The notes under the pieces were generated by a model. That model was not told the origin of the DNA. It worked only from the letters and a program-made list of their open reading frames with translations, and searched no databases. Below, in pieces: positions 1-16,786 of a stretch of 64,000 bases of DNA. The translations under genes and the position numbers were made by a program. Location: assembly GCF_009914755.1 (NCBI RefSeq), contig NC_060947.1. One strand, 5' to 3'. Position 1 is the stretch's first letter. The number at the start of each line of letters is the position of its first letter. The DNA is from the human T2T-CHM13v2.0 reference genome, Homo sapiens.

Positions 1-240
1 TCAAAGCAAGTTTCTTTCTGTACAATAATTTCCCCTTCTTCTGAACTTTCACAGTACTTAGCACATTCTTCTATTAGCATTTCTCATATTGGCTTGTGAT
101 TATTTCTATATGTGTCTGTGTTGCCCGCTAGACTGTGAGCCCTTGAGGACAAGAATTTTGTTGTCTCAGTCTCTGCATTCTGTGGGCCTACCATATACCG
201 AAAACAGAATAAATGCTCAGAAAGTGTTTCTTGAAATTAA
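1..240 (+). mobile_element. L2 LINE 3' end fragment
   Basis: CTAGACTGTGAGCCCTTGAGGACAAG...AATAAATGCTCAGAAAGTGTTTCTTGAA resembles the L2 3' terminus; boundaries approximate. Confidence 0.6.
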
Positions 241-1179
241 TTATTGTCAAGTCTCCCTTAAAATAGTGAGGTAGATTTGATGCCAATTGGTACTTGATAC
301 CTCCTCCTGCCATAGAAACATGTGGGATTTGGAGATGGTGGTAGAATACGTTGATTTGAGCCTATCTTAGTGAATTACTTGCCAATTGTCCTTTCTCAAA
401 GCCTGTAAGCTCTTTGAACCTTAGTTTCTTCACCCTCACAATAAAGACAATTATAAATGTACTTTGTGAATGTAATGTCTTGTGAAAAAGTGTATTTATA
501 ACATAACTTAATTGAAGGAGGGTTTTTTTCCATAATTATTTTTGCCTAGGGATAAGTGGGGATTCCTTCAGAGCTTTGCAGAGATTGCCATTTCACATAC
601 TGGATGTTCCCTGTGGAGTTTTTTTGTGGCAATAAACCTATTCTGCTTCCTCCATTAAATAATAAACAACTTTTATCCTTCCTTAGTCCACCTCCTTCAG
701 CAGTGTTCAAGGTGGGCAAATGGCAGTAGGAACAACCCAGAACTGCACAGAAACCAAAAGCCTCTTAGAATCAACTCTAGAACGGTGTTCTTGCAGATGA
801 GAGCCACACTTTAGTTAATATTAACACCAATTTATGTTTCCTGAGCACCTGCAAGCTGGATAGTGAAAGAAGTCATCTAGGAACAGAGATGATGATAGCA
901 AAAATGTCACCTTTGAATGCCAAACCAAGCCTGCCAAATCGAACTACTCATTGCTCTTCATACATGCCTTATGACTTTTCTACCTTTAGATCATTCCTCT
1001 TGCTGGTACAGAGGTCTTAAATGGCCTTCTACACTTTTCCTAATGTCAAGTGCTAACTATCTTTCAAGGCCTGGCTCAAATTCTACCTTTATAAATTTTT
1101 CCTTATATACCAAATTCCTTCTTTCACCTACAAATTGTTTCTCCTTCTTTCATGTTCTTCTGAAAGCACTTGGCTTCTG

Positions 1180-2245
1180 GCAATTACTACTTTTCTATCA
1201 TCTCTCTCAGTTAATGTCTCTCCAATTTATCTTCTCCTCCTAGGTACCTGTCATCTCTTGCCTGAAACATTATAGTTACATACTAAGCAGTTTCTCTGCC
1301 ACCGGTCTTTCATTCCTCCAGCCTATACTCCACGTTATTGCCAAGTACAGCTTTCTAAAATACTTACCCTACCCTGATTTAACATTTCTGGTCATAGGAG
1401 AAAAATCTAAATTCAGCAACATGATACACCATAGTAGCTACAAAATACAGGCCCATGAACTCACTACATCAGAATCATGGTCAAGGGGGTGGGGATAGTT
1501 TGTTAAAGACATAGATTCTCAACCAGATTCTATTTCCTGAAAATCTGTAACTTTAAAGGCATTACAGATCAGCCAAGGATGGTAAATATGTTTCATCTTA
1601 TGGATCAATTCAAATTGACTACAAATAGCCATTTGCGGTTCTCTGTTTTGAATGATTCTAAGTCATATCCAGGCTTATTGGGAAGAAAGATTATGCCTGA
1701 TTAGCAATTTCTGATGGGCATGGGAGGAACTTATAGTGGTGATCATGCAGGCATTTTTTATTCCGGCTTCAGGCACAGAACAACTAGCAATTTCCCAGGC
1801 AGGTAGGCAATTCCCACCTTTGTGTACTGTTTCATTCATCTAGAATGCCTCCCTCTGCCCACACCCTCAACTCCTGAGTTTCTAGAAAATTTCTAATTAT
1901 CATCTAAGTTCAATTTAAATATCACCTAGTCTGAGAAGTTTTCGTTGACTCTCTGCATCATTCCATCTCTCATCTGGGTTCTGATAACAATTTTTTCTCA
2001 TAAGCAGAACTTGCTGTATTTGACACTTTAAATCCATTTTTAAATAAAGATGAATATAAATAAACTAATTTTCCTAAAAATACTAAATTATGTTGTAAAC
2101 CTCTGTGTATATCTGTCCTATTAGACTCTGACCTACTCGAAATAAATGACCATACCTTATTCATCTTGTTTTCTTTAAATTCCAAGCCCCTTGCTCAGTT
2201 CCTAGTATCCACGGGGTGCTCAGTAAACATGTATTGAACTGAGCG
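1180..2245 (+). mobile_element. Fragmented L2 (interrupted by a probable MER5-like piece ~1430-1570)
   Basis: TCATCTCTTGCCTGAAACATTATAG... and 3' end TTAGACTCTGACC...GTGCTCAGTAAACATGTATTGAACTGA; highly diverged. Confidence 0.5.
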
Positions 2246-2449
2246 TAGATCTCATTGTGGGGTGTGGGGAAGAGAAAGGAAGAGACCTGGTAACTGCATC
2301 AAATGCATCACCCTTCCCTAGAGAAACATGGAGATAGGGTCAGGTCCATGGATGCAAATGAACACTTCTGAATGAAAGAAGACAAAAAGCACTGACAGGA
2401 ATACCCTGTGAAATAGGTGCAAAGATGTCTCCTTTCCCACATAATGTCT

Positions 2450-2690
2450 TCTGGTACTTCTTTGTCAGCCTCTTATGGTTTCCCACTCTTCTCAACAGTG
2501 TTTATTGTCTGTATCTCACAATTTGGTATATGCTTGTTTCAGGCTGGTGAGCCTTACCTCCATTGTTAGATTGCTCCTACAGACCAAGAAACAGGGCTGA
2601 ACATCTTCAGAGCTTCCTAGGCAAGTAGCACAGGTTTAGGCACATGTTAGGTACTTAAAAAGACTTGTTAATTGATTTATTGAGTGATGA
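2450..2690 (+). mobile_element. L2 3' end fragment
   Basis: TAGCACAGGTTTAGGCACATGTTAGGTACTTAAAAAGACTTGTTAATTGA resembles the L2 3' terminus. Confidence 0.55.
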
Positions 2691-2899
2691 TGTTTTTTAT
2701 GATTTAAGAGGTCAAGTGTTTGTGTGATATTTATTACAGTTGTTATTGCACTCCAAAACCAGAGAAAATGTTCAGAGAAACTCTTGTTTGTGGGAAAGCA
2801 AAAACCTCCCACCTCCACATTAATTTTCCCAGCGCTTACTTCTCCAGATTAACAATGCCTTACCTGTGCCCTGTAGTTGGGAAATAAGACTAATTTGTG

Positions 2900-3085
2900 A
2901 GTCTAGCATGGCATAGAAAAAGTTGTGGAGCTAGAGTTAGATGATTTGGATTCTTATTCTGACTCTGCCAACAACTTTCTGTATGACCCTGGGCAATACG
3001 CTTCCATCCAGCTTTACTATCTATTAACTGAGGAAGGCAGACTCCAAGGTCTCTAAGGGTTCTTTCTGTTTTAAGTTCCATTGTT
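2900..3085 (+). mobile_element. MIR-family SINE
   Basis: GATTTGGATTCTTATTCTGACTCTGCCAACAACTTTCTGTATGACCCTGGGCAA MIR core and MIR3-like 3' end. Confidence 0.55.
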
Positions 3086-3167
3086 TGATTAAGGCAAGTG
3101 TGTTTAGCATGAGGAACATGAATAGGGGACATTGAACAGTGCTTGTCCTCAAGTATTTTATGGAGTT

Positions 3168-6100
3168 GTTTATTTTTCCAACAGAATTTCTGAATGTCTA
3201 CTATATGTCAAACACTGTTCTGGAGACTCAAAATGTAACCTTGAACAAAACAAAGTCCTTATTCTCAAGTGCTTATGTTCTAGTAAGGAAAGGTAGACTA
3301 TAATCAAATAAACAAGCAAAATCATAATATGTCAGTGAATGCAATGGAAAACAAAAAAAGCAGAGTGAATTAGTCCGTTCTCACATTGCTAATAAAGACA
3401 TGCTTGAGACTGGGTAATTTATAAAGGAAAGAGGTTTAATTGACTCACAGTTCAGCATGGCTATGGAGGCTTCAGGAAACTTACAATTGTAGTGGAAGGG
3501 GAAGCAAACATGTCCTTCACATGGTGGCAGCAAGGAGAAGAACCAAGCTAAAGGGGGAAAAGCCCTTTATTTAACCATCAGATCTCATGAGAACTCACTC
3601 ACTATCATGAGAACAGCAGCATGGGGATAATGGCCACATGATTCAATTACCTCCCACTGGGTCCCTCCCACGACACATGGGAATTATGGGAACTACAATT
3701 CATGATGACATTTGGGTGTGGACACAGCCAAACTATATCATTCCACCCCAGCCCCTCCCAAATCTCATGTCCTCATATTTCAAAACACAATCATGCCTTC
3801 CCAACAGTCCCCCAAGGCCTTAACTCATTCTGGCATTAACTCAAAAGCCAGACTCCAAAGTCCCACCTGAGACAAGGCAAGTCTCTTCTGCCTATGAGCC
3901 TAGGGCTGATGAGATCAAAAGCAAGTTAAAATCAAAGATGTAAAATCAAAAGCAAGTTAGTGACTTCCTAGATAGAGTGGGAGTACAAACATTGGGCAAA
4001 TACGCCCATTCTAAATGGAATAAAATTGGCCAAAACAAAGGAGATAAAGGCCTCATGCAAGTCCAAAATCCAGCAGGGAAGTCAAATCTTGAAGCTCTCA
4101 AATGATTTCCCTTGAATCCATGTCTCACATCCAGGTCATGCTGATGTGAGAGGTGGGCTCCCACAGCCTTGGGCCATACCACCCCTGTGGCTTTGCAGAG
4201 TAAATCCCCCCTCCTAGCTGCCTTCACAGGCTGGCATTGAGTGTCTTTGGCCTTTCTGGATGCACAATGCAAGTTGTCAGTGGATTTACCATTCTGGAGT
4301 CTGGAGGATGGTGGCCCTCTTCTCATAGCTCTACTAGGCAGTGCCCCAGTGGGGACTCTGTGTGGGGTCTCCAATCCCACATTTCCCTTCTGCACTGCCC
4401 TAGCATACGTCCTCCATAAGGACTTCACCCTGTAGCAAACTTCTGCTTGGAGATCCAGGCATTTCTGTACATCCTCTGAAACTGGGGCAGAGGTTCCCAA
4501 ACCTCAATTCTTGACTTCTGTGCACTCACAGGCCCAACACCACATGTAAGCCACCAAGGCTTGTGGCTTGCACCCTCTGAAGCAACAGCCTGAGCTGTAC
4601 ATTGGCCCCTTTTAGCCACAGCTGGAGCTGAAGCAGCTGGTATGCAGAACATCATGTCCTAAGGCTGTATAGAGCAGGGATGTCCTGGGCCTGGCCCATT
4701 AAACCATTTTTTCCTCCTAGGCCACAGGGCCTGTGACGGGAGGAGCTGACATGAAGGTCTCTGACATGCCCTGGAGACATTTTCCCCATTGTCTTGGTGA
4801 TTAACATTTGGCTCCTCATTACTTATGCAAATTTCTGCAACTGGCTTGAATTTCTACCCAGAAAATGGGTTTTTCTTTTCTATTGTATCACCAGGCTGCA
4901 AATTTTCCAAACTTTTCTTCTCTTCTTGCTCTTGAATGCTTTGCCACTTAGAAATTTCTTCTGCCAGATACCCTAAATCATCTCTCTCAAGTTCCAAGTT
5001 TCACAGATCTCTGAGGCAGGGGGAAAATGCCACCAATCTGTTTGCATAGCAAGAGTGATCTTTACTCCAGTTCCCAACAAATTCCTCATCTCCATCTGAA
5101 CCACCTCAGCCTGGATCTTATTATCCATATCACTATCAGCATTTTGGTTAAAGCCATTTAAGTCTCTAGGAAGTTCCAAACTTTCCCACATCTTCCTGTC
5201 TTCTGAGCCCCCCAAGTCTCTACGAAGTTCCAAACTTTCCCACATTTTTCTATCTTCTTATGAGCCCTCCAAATTATTCCAATCTCTGCCTGCTACTCAG
5301 TTCCAAAGTCACTTTCACATTTTCAGGTATCTTTACAGCAGCACCCCACTCCTGGTGCCAATTTAATGTATTATTCCATCCTCGTGCTACTAGTAAAGAC
5401 ATATCTGAGACTGGGTAATTGACACAGAAAAGATGTTTAATTGACTCATAGTTCAGCATGGCTGGGGAGGCCTCAGGAAACCTGCAATCATGGTCAAAGG
5501 ATAAGCAAACAGGTCCTTCTTCACATGGCAGCAGCTAGGAGAAGTGCCCAGCAAAAGGGGGGAAAGCCCCTTATAAAACCGTCAGATATTAGAGAACTCA
5601 CTATCATGAGAACAGCAGCATGGGGATAACTGCCCTCATGATTCAATTACTTCTAACCAGGTAAATCCCTTGATACATGGGGATTATCAGAACTACAATC
5701 CATGATGAAATTTTGGTGGAGACACAGCCAAACCATATCACAGAGCAAGAAGAAAAGGGAGTGCTAAGGTATATCTAACTATCTTACATACAGTAATAAA
5801 AAAAGACACCTTTTATAAAGTTACATTGATTAGAGACATAAGAGAAGTGAGAGAGCCAGCCCTGTAGATATTGGGAAAAGATAATTTAAGCAGAAGGAAC
5901 AGAAAGTACAGAAGCCTTGAGAAAGAATGTACTAGATGTATTCCAGAAAAAACAAAGAGGCTAATGTAGTTGGAGCAGAGCTAGCAAGGGGAGTAATAAG
6001 AGAGGAAGTCAGACAGATACCAGTCAGGCTAAAGAACATGAAAAGGCCCTGTAAGCCACTGTTAAGACTTCAGATTTTATTCTGAGTGAGATTGGGAACT

Positions 6101-6260
6101 ATTACAAGGTTTAGCTCACAGGAAGTGACATCATCTGACTTGTTTCTCAAAGAAGCAAACTAGTTTCTGTCTTCAAAATAGACTGTAGTAGGGAGGGCAA
6201 TAAGAGTTGGAGCAAGGAAACTAGTTACGGAGCTATGTTAGAGATGATGGCTTTTTTAGG
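3168..6260 (-). mobile_element. L2 fragment, host of the THE1 provirus (3168-3365 and 5746-6260)
   Basis: TTTCTGAATGTCTACTATATGTCAAACACTGTTCTGGAGACTC... before the provirus; GGCCCTGTAAGCCACTGTTAAGACTTCAGATTTTATTCTGAGTGAGATTGGGAAC after it. Confidence 0.65.
3366..5740 (-). mobile_element. Complete THE1C/THE1D MaLR provirus (LTR-int-LTR)
   Basis: Two ~375-bp LTRs (3366-3740, 5367-5740), both ending ...GACACAGCCAAAC(T/C)ATATCA on +; THE1-int between them (ORF 3946-4500 is a decayed MaLR ORF); exact 5-bp TSD CAGAG at 3361-3365 and 5741-5745. Confidence 0.93.
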
Positions 6261-7678
6261 GTACACAAATATCTACAATAGAGTATAAAAAAATAATAAG
6301 TGGCTACACACAGAATATAGAGTTTAAGTACTGTGGTTGGTGAGCAGTGACAGGATCAAGTATGTGGATGAAATTATCATAAAGGAGGTGAAGCTTGAAA
6401 CAAACGTTACAGGATAAAGAGATAGAGTCTTTATCTCTCACATGAGAGTAACAATCCAAGCCCTATAAACTCCACAGGATTCTTGTGAAACTCAGCTGAG
6501 AGCCTGGATTAAAGAACACTATGTAAGACACAATGTAGAATACAGAGGTAAGGAATTATTATTCCTGATTCTTGACCTACCTATCCCCTATTTTTCACAA
6601 GCAACTAGAGAAAAGGAACTGGTAACAGTTTAAGACAGCCTGGCATGATAAAATCACACTGATGAATTGACTGTCAACTCAAAAGACCATTATATGTGGT
6701 AGCCCATATGTGTTGCTCTATTCCTATGGATAGATAGGGCAGCCCTGACATGCTAACTAAAGCCTGATAGTTCTGCAACATTTAAGCCTGCAAGCCAAGA
6801 CTAAACAAGTGGAAAATATTAGCAATATTTGAGATTGGCCCAATTGGAAAGGACCAATGTTCAATAATCAGCACAGCAGAAGTTCCTCCAACCCAACCTC
6901 CAAGCCTGAGGAGTCATCATTCGCACTCTGTATTGTCACTAAGAGAAAACTCCCAATGCCACAGGCTACAACTCTCTCCCTTTAATTTTTACTCATCCTT
7001 GTGACACCCATATCACTCAAGGAACCACCAAAAATTCTTCAATAGACTATAAAGAAAGGTGAGCAGAGCTCCCCAGTGCTGTCGCCAGGCAAGCAGAGTC
7101 ACAAAGGATCTGAACTGGCAGACACCCAAATACCAGGTAGTTTTCTGATTGATTTAGATAAAACAGAGGAGTAGTCAATAGACCTGGCTGCTTTTCCTCC
7201 CTGCATCTCTACCTCAATAGCCCCTGACAGCGTTTTCCATAGCTCAGTGTGCCACAGAGCATCTACTCAACCAAGTATTAGTTGTCCAAATGAGTATTCT
7301 CATTCTTAGATAAGAATACTGGGACAAAGAGAGAGAAAAAGTTGCCCAGTAACAAACCAAGTTTGTGGTCCAAATCCAGGTGTCCTAATTATCCTCTCCA
7401 TCCTTTTCTGCTGTAATCAAGCTGCCTTGTTTCATCTAGGTTTGCACACTCATTTCTCTCATAGGTTCATCATTTTCACCTATGGATCCTATATATTTCC
7501 ACAGCTCAAAGACATCATTTGTATCATGTCATCATTTTTTAGCCTTGGACACATTTAAAAGACGGTTTGTATGCTAGGAGGAGATGTGGTCTAAAACACC
7601 CAAGTTACTTTATTATCTTTGGTAGATGAATCACCAATTTGCCAGGCTCAAAACCCTGAAGTTTTTTCTGCCTCTTCC

Positions 7679-7762
7679 TTTTTTTGAGACAGGATCCCCT
7701 CTGTCACTCAAGCTGAATTACAGTGGTGCAACCATGGCTCACTGCAGCTTCAACATCCTGAA
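7679..7762 (-). mobile_element. Truncated AluJ/FLAM-like fragment
   Basis: T-run + GAGACAGGATCCCCTCTGTCACTCAAGCTG...CATGGCTCACTGCAGCTTCAAC, cut abruptly at the L1 junction. Confidence 0.8.
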
Positions 7763-7763
7763 C

Positions 7764-12065
<4,302 letters not shown>

Positions 12066-13074
12066 AAAGACAGAATTTTAAAAGCAGCAAGAGGAAAGTG
12101 TCAAGCGACATATAGGGAAATCCTTATTAGATTCTAAGCAAATTTCTCAGCAGAAATCCTTATAGGCCAAGAGAGAATAAAATGATAAACTCAAAGTCAT
12201 GAAAGATAAACTGACAGCCAAAAATACTATACCCAGCAAAGCTGTTATTCCAAAATAAAGGAGAAATATTCTTTCCCAGACAAGCAAAAGTTGAGAGAAT
12301 TCACCACCACTAGACCTTCTTTACAAGAAATGCAGCAGGAAGTTCTTAAACTGGAAACCAAAGGACGCTAATTACTAACATGAAAGCACAAAACTATAAC
12401 ATTCACTGATAAAGGTAAATATATAGTCAAATCTGGAATACTCCAATACTGTTAGAGTGCTCTGTACATCAGATAAATCTCTAGTATAAAGGTTAAAAGT
12501 CAAAACAGTCAAATATGATAGCTACAATAACTTCTTAAGAAATACATAATACAAGGAGGAGAGGCCAAGATGGCAGACTATAGCAGCTCATGTATGCCAC
12601 TCTCACAGAGAGGAAACAAAATGGCTAAATAACACTGATCCTGCCAGCCAATCATCTGAGAAACCACATCAGAATCCATCAAGGCAGCAATAGGACAAAG
12701 AGAGCAGAGAGGAGTGAAGCTGGTCTCCAGCCTCTCTGGGCTCAGCACGGAGCCAGGAGAACCTCTCCAGCATGGGAAAGGGTGAGTGAATGAGAGTCCC
12801 CTAGGGGAGTCACACTCTTCAGAGGGACCAGTACAAGACTAGGAATGGGAGAATCCCTCTGGACCCCTGCACACTCCCCACTGCATTTCTAGACTGAGGC
12901 AGAGAGCCACCTGGATGTTTTGCAGAGGCAACTTTCAAGTGCAAGGGAATCTCTATAAGTCTTGGGCCCCAGAGCAGACCAGTACCAGCACCATAGTCCC
13001 AATAGAGGCTGCAATCACAGTACTGGGAGTAGTAAGATTGCTCCACCCACCCCTCCACCCCTGCCAGTCAGGCC

Positions 13075-14700
13075 TTCAGCACCAACTTCCAGCCCAGTGG
13101 TCCAGCTTCTGCCTGAATTCAGCTGGCAGTCACAGCCTCCTGTTGTCCTGAGAAGTACACAGACAACAGGAAAAGCAACTCTACCCACCTGCATCACTGG
13201 TAGTCAGGTGAGTAACACCTGCTAGAAGTTACAGCCCAGTGTTTCCACTTCCGTGTGAACTAAGCAGGAGGGCACAGCCTCCTGTTGTCCCAGAAAACAC
13301 CCTGATGGCAAGATGAGTGACCCCACCCATCCTTAGCACTGCTAGCCAGGCAGCAATACCTGCTAGAGCTTCCAGTCCAACAGTCTCACTTCTGTGTGGA
13401 CTCAGTCAGCAGATGCAGCCTCTTGTGATACCAGGAAGCACTTGGACAGCAAAGCAGGTGACCCCCCCCCCATTGCCACAACTGGTAGCTAAGTGGGCAA
13501 CACCTGTTAGAGCTTCCAGCCCAGCGATTGAGCTTCTTTGTGAACTCAGCGAGAGGGTTCAGCCTCATATTGTACCAGGAAACACCAAGAAGGCAGGGTG
13601 GGCAACATTATCCACCCCCACCACTGATAACAAGGCAATGATGCCTTCTAGATTTTCCATTCCAGTGGACCCACTTCTGTGTAGACTCAGTTGGTGGTCA
13701 CAGTCTCCTGTTTTCCTGGGAAGCACTTAGATGTCAGGACAGGAAACCCCACCTACCCATGCCCCTGGTAGCCAGTAAGACAATGTCTGCTACAGCTTCC
13801 AGCCCAGCAATCCCACTTCTGTGTAAACTCAGCCAGAGAGCTCAGCCTCCTGCTTTCCCAGGAAACACCCAGACAGCAGAGCAGGAGTCCCCACTGATCC
13901 CTGCCCCAGGTAGCCAGGCAAACAACAACTACTAGAGCTTCCAGCCCAGTGGGCCTGCTTCTGTGTGAACTCAGCCAGACGGTGGAGACTCTTGTTGTCC
14001 CAGGAAATACCTAGATGGCAGGGTGGTTGACCCCACTCACCCCTGCCACTGGTAGCCAGGTGAGCAATGCCTGCTAGAGCTTCCAGACCGGTGGTCCCAT
14101 CTCCATGTGAACTCAGGCAGACAGCACGGCCTCCTGTTGTCCAGGGAAACACCTGGATGGCAGGGCAGGTGACCCCACCCACTGTCAACACTGGTAGCCA
14201 GGTGAGCAATGCCTGGTAGAGCTTCTGGCCCAGTGGTTCCAGTTCTGTGTCAACTGAGCCCGAAGCACAGCCTCCTGTTGTCCCAGGAAACTGATCCTCA
14301 TCACCGCTAGCCAAGTGGGCAAAGCCTGCTAAAGCTTCTGGCTCAGTGGTCCTATTTCTGTGTAAACTCAGCCAGAAGGTGCAGCCTACTGTTGTCCCAA
14401 GAAGCACCCAAATGGTAGGGTGGGTGACCCCTATCACCCCCATCTATCATAAAAAGATAAGCCATTCCTGCTAGAGGTTCCAGGCCAGTGGTCACTCTTC
14501 TTCCTGAATTTGATGAGGAGTGCAGATTTATATTGTCATGAAAACACCCAGGAGGCAGGGCAGGTAACTCCACTCACCCCTGCCTCTGGTAGCCCAATGG
14601 GCCCAAAGCACTAGAGCATCCAACCCAAGTGTACCACTTCTGTCTAAATTCTGCAGGCAGGTGCAACCCCATGTTCTTTTGGGAAGCATGTAGACAGCAG
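13075..14700 (+). repeat. Tandem array of ~12 diverged ~142-bp monomers in an L1 5'UTR
   Basis: Anchor (TAGAG)CTTCCAGCCCAG recurs at 13086, 13228, 13369, 13513, 13654, 13796, 13938, 14080, 14222, 14335, 14477, 14617. Confidence 0.93.
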
Positions 14701-15362
14701 ATTAGAGCTGAATCATCAAATATATATGGCCTGTTTGCCAATTGTAACCACTGCCTGAGGGAGCTCTGTGGCCCAAAGTATCCAAAAAAAGAAAAATGGG
14801 CATGGAGACATTAATAGAAAGACACTAATAGGAAGGGTTTCCTCCAAGACCCAGTACCAAATTAAAATCAAAGCCTGTTGAACGAATCCACCTTATACCA
14901 TGATCAAAATCCAAAGGATATCAAAGATTATAAAAGCAAAAAAAAATTCACCAAAAGAATACCAACTGCAATGATTAAAAAAACATCAGCCCACACAGAT
15001 GAGGAAAAACCAGTGCAAGAACTGCAGCAACTCAAAAAGCTGGCCTTATCTGCAAATGACAGCACTAGTTCCCCAGCAATAGTTCTTAAGGATGGCATGG
15101 CTGAAATATCAGAGATAGAATTCACAACATGAATACGAATGAAGATCATCAAACTTCAGGAGAAAGTCAAAACAAATTCCAAAAATTCTAAGGAATTCAA
15201 TAAAAAGATGGAGATAAAAGACAAAAGGACCATTATAAGAGAGAACCAAACTGATCTGAAAGAGCTGAAAATCTCATTTCAACCAAGTTGAGGAAAGAAT
15301 CTCAGAGGTCAAAGACTGATTCTCCAAAATAAATCAGCCAGACAAAAATAAAGAGAAAAACA

Positions 15363-15768
<406 letters not shown>

Positions 15769-15944
15769 CTACGACTCATTGACATCCCAGAAAGAGACAG
15801 AGAGAAAGCAAGCAACTTGGAAAACATATTTTGGGATATAATGTATGAAAACTTCCCCAACCTCACTAGAGGCCAACATGGAAATTCAGGAAATGCAGAT
15901 AACTGCCATGAAATACTATACAAGACCAGTATTAGCATCCCCAA

Positions 15945-16786
15945 TATTAGGGGAACCCACCCCCAATATTTCAATGTAGGTTCTTTCTATTTTCCATAAG
16001 TGTCGGCTGGCTGAGAAATAAAGAGAGACAGTACAAAGAGAAGAAATTTACAGCTGGGCTGGGCAAAAGCAGAGCCACTGATAAGGGTCTATGTTCAGCG
16101 GTGCATGTATTGTCTTGATAAACATCTTAAACAACAGAAAACAGGATTCAAGAGCAGAGAACTGGTCTGACCACAAATTTACCAGGGTGGAGTTTTTCCC
16201 CACCCTAGTAAGTCTGAGGGTTCTGCAGGAGACCAGGGCATATCTCAGTCCTTATCTCAACTGCATAAGACAGACATTCCCAGAGTGGCCGTTTATAGAC
16301 CTCCCCCAAGAATGCATTCCTTTCCCAGGATATTAATATTAATATTCCTTGCTAGGAAAATAATTTAGTGATTTTTTCCTACTTGCACATACGTTTATAG
16401 GCTCTCTGCAAGAATAAAAATATGGCTTTTTTGCCCGACCTCGAAGTCAGTCAGAGCTTATGGTTGTCTTCCCTTGTTCCCTAAAAATCGCTGTTATTCT
16501 GTTCTTTTTCAAGGTGCACTGATTTCATATTGTTCAAACACACGTTTTGCAATCAATTTATTTGTACAGTTAACACAATTATCACAATGGTCTTGAGGTG
16601 ATGTACATCCTAAGCTTACAAAGATAACAGGATTAAGAGACTAAAGTAAAGATAGACATAAGAAATTATAAAAGTATTATTTGGGAACTCATTAATGTCC
16701 ATTTAAGATGAAATCTTCACAATTTATGTTATTCTGCCATGGCTCCAGCCAGTCTCTCCAATCAGGGTCCCTGACTTCCTGCAACA
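15945..16786 (-). mobile_element. MER11 (HERV-K11/HML-8) solo LTR, probably internally deleted
   Basis: Minus-strand start TGTTGCAGGAAGTCAGGGACCC and end TGAAATATTGGGGGTGGGTTCCCCTAATA; L1 ORF1 resumes afterwards; TSD not cleanly conserved. Confidence 0.82.

Noticed and set aside
13075-14700. CRISPR-like array, or a coding repeat (ORFs 13317-13730 and 13829-14443)
   Set aside because: Whole 142-bp units are homologous with no unique spacers, there are no cas genes, and the context is a primate L1 5'UTR; the period is not a multiple of 3 and the ORFs are incidental.
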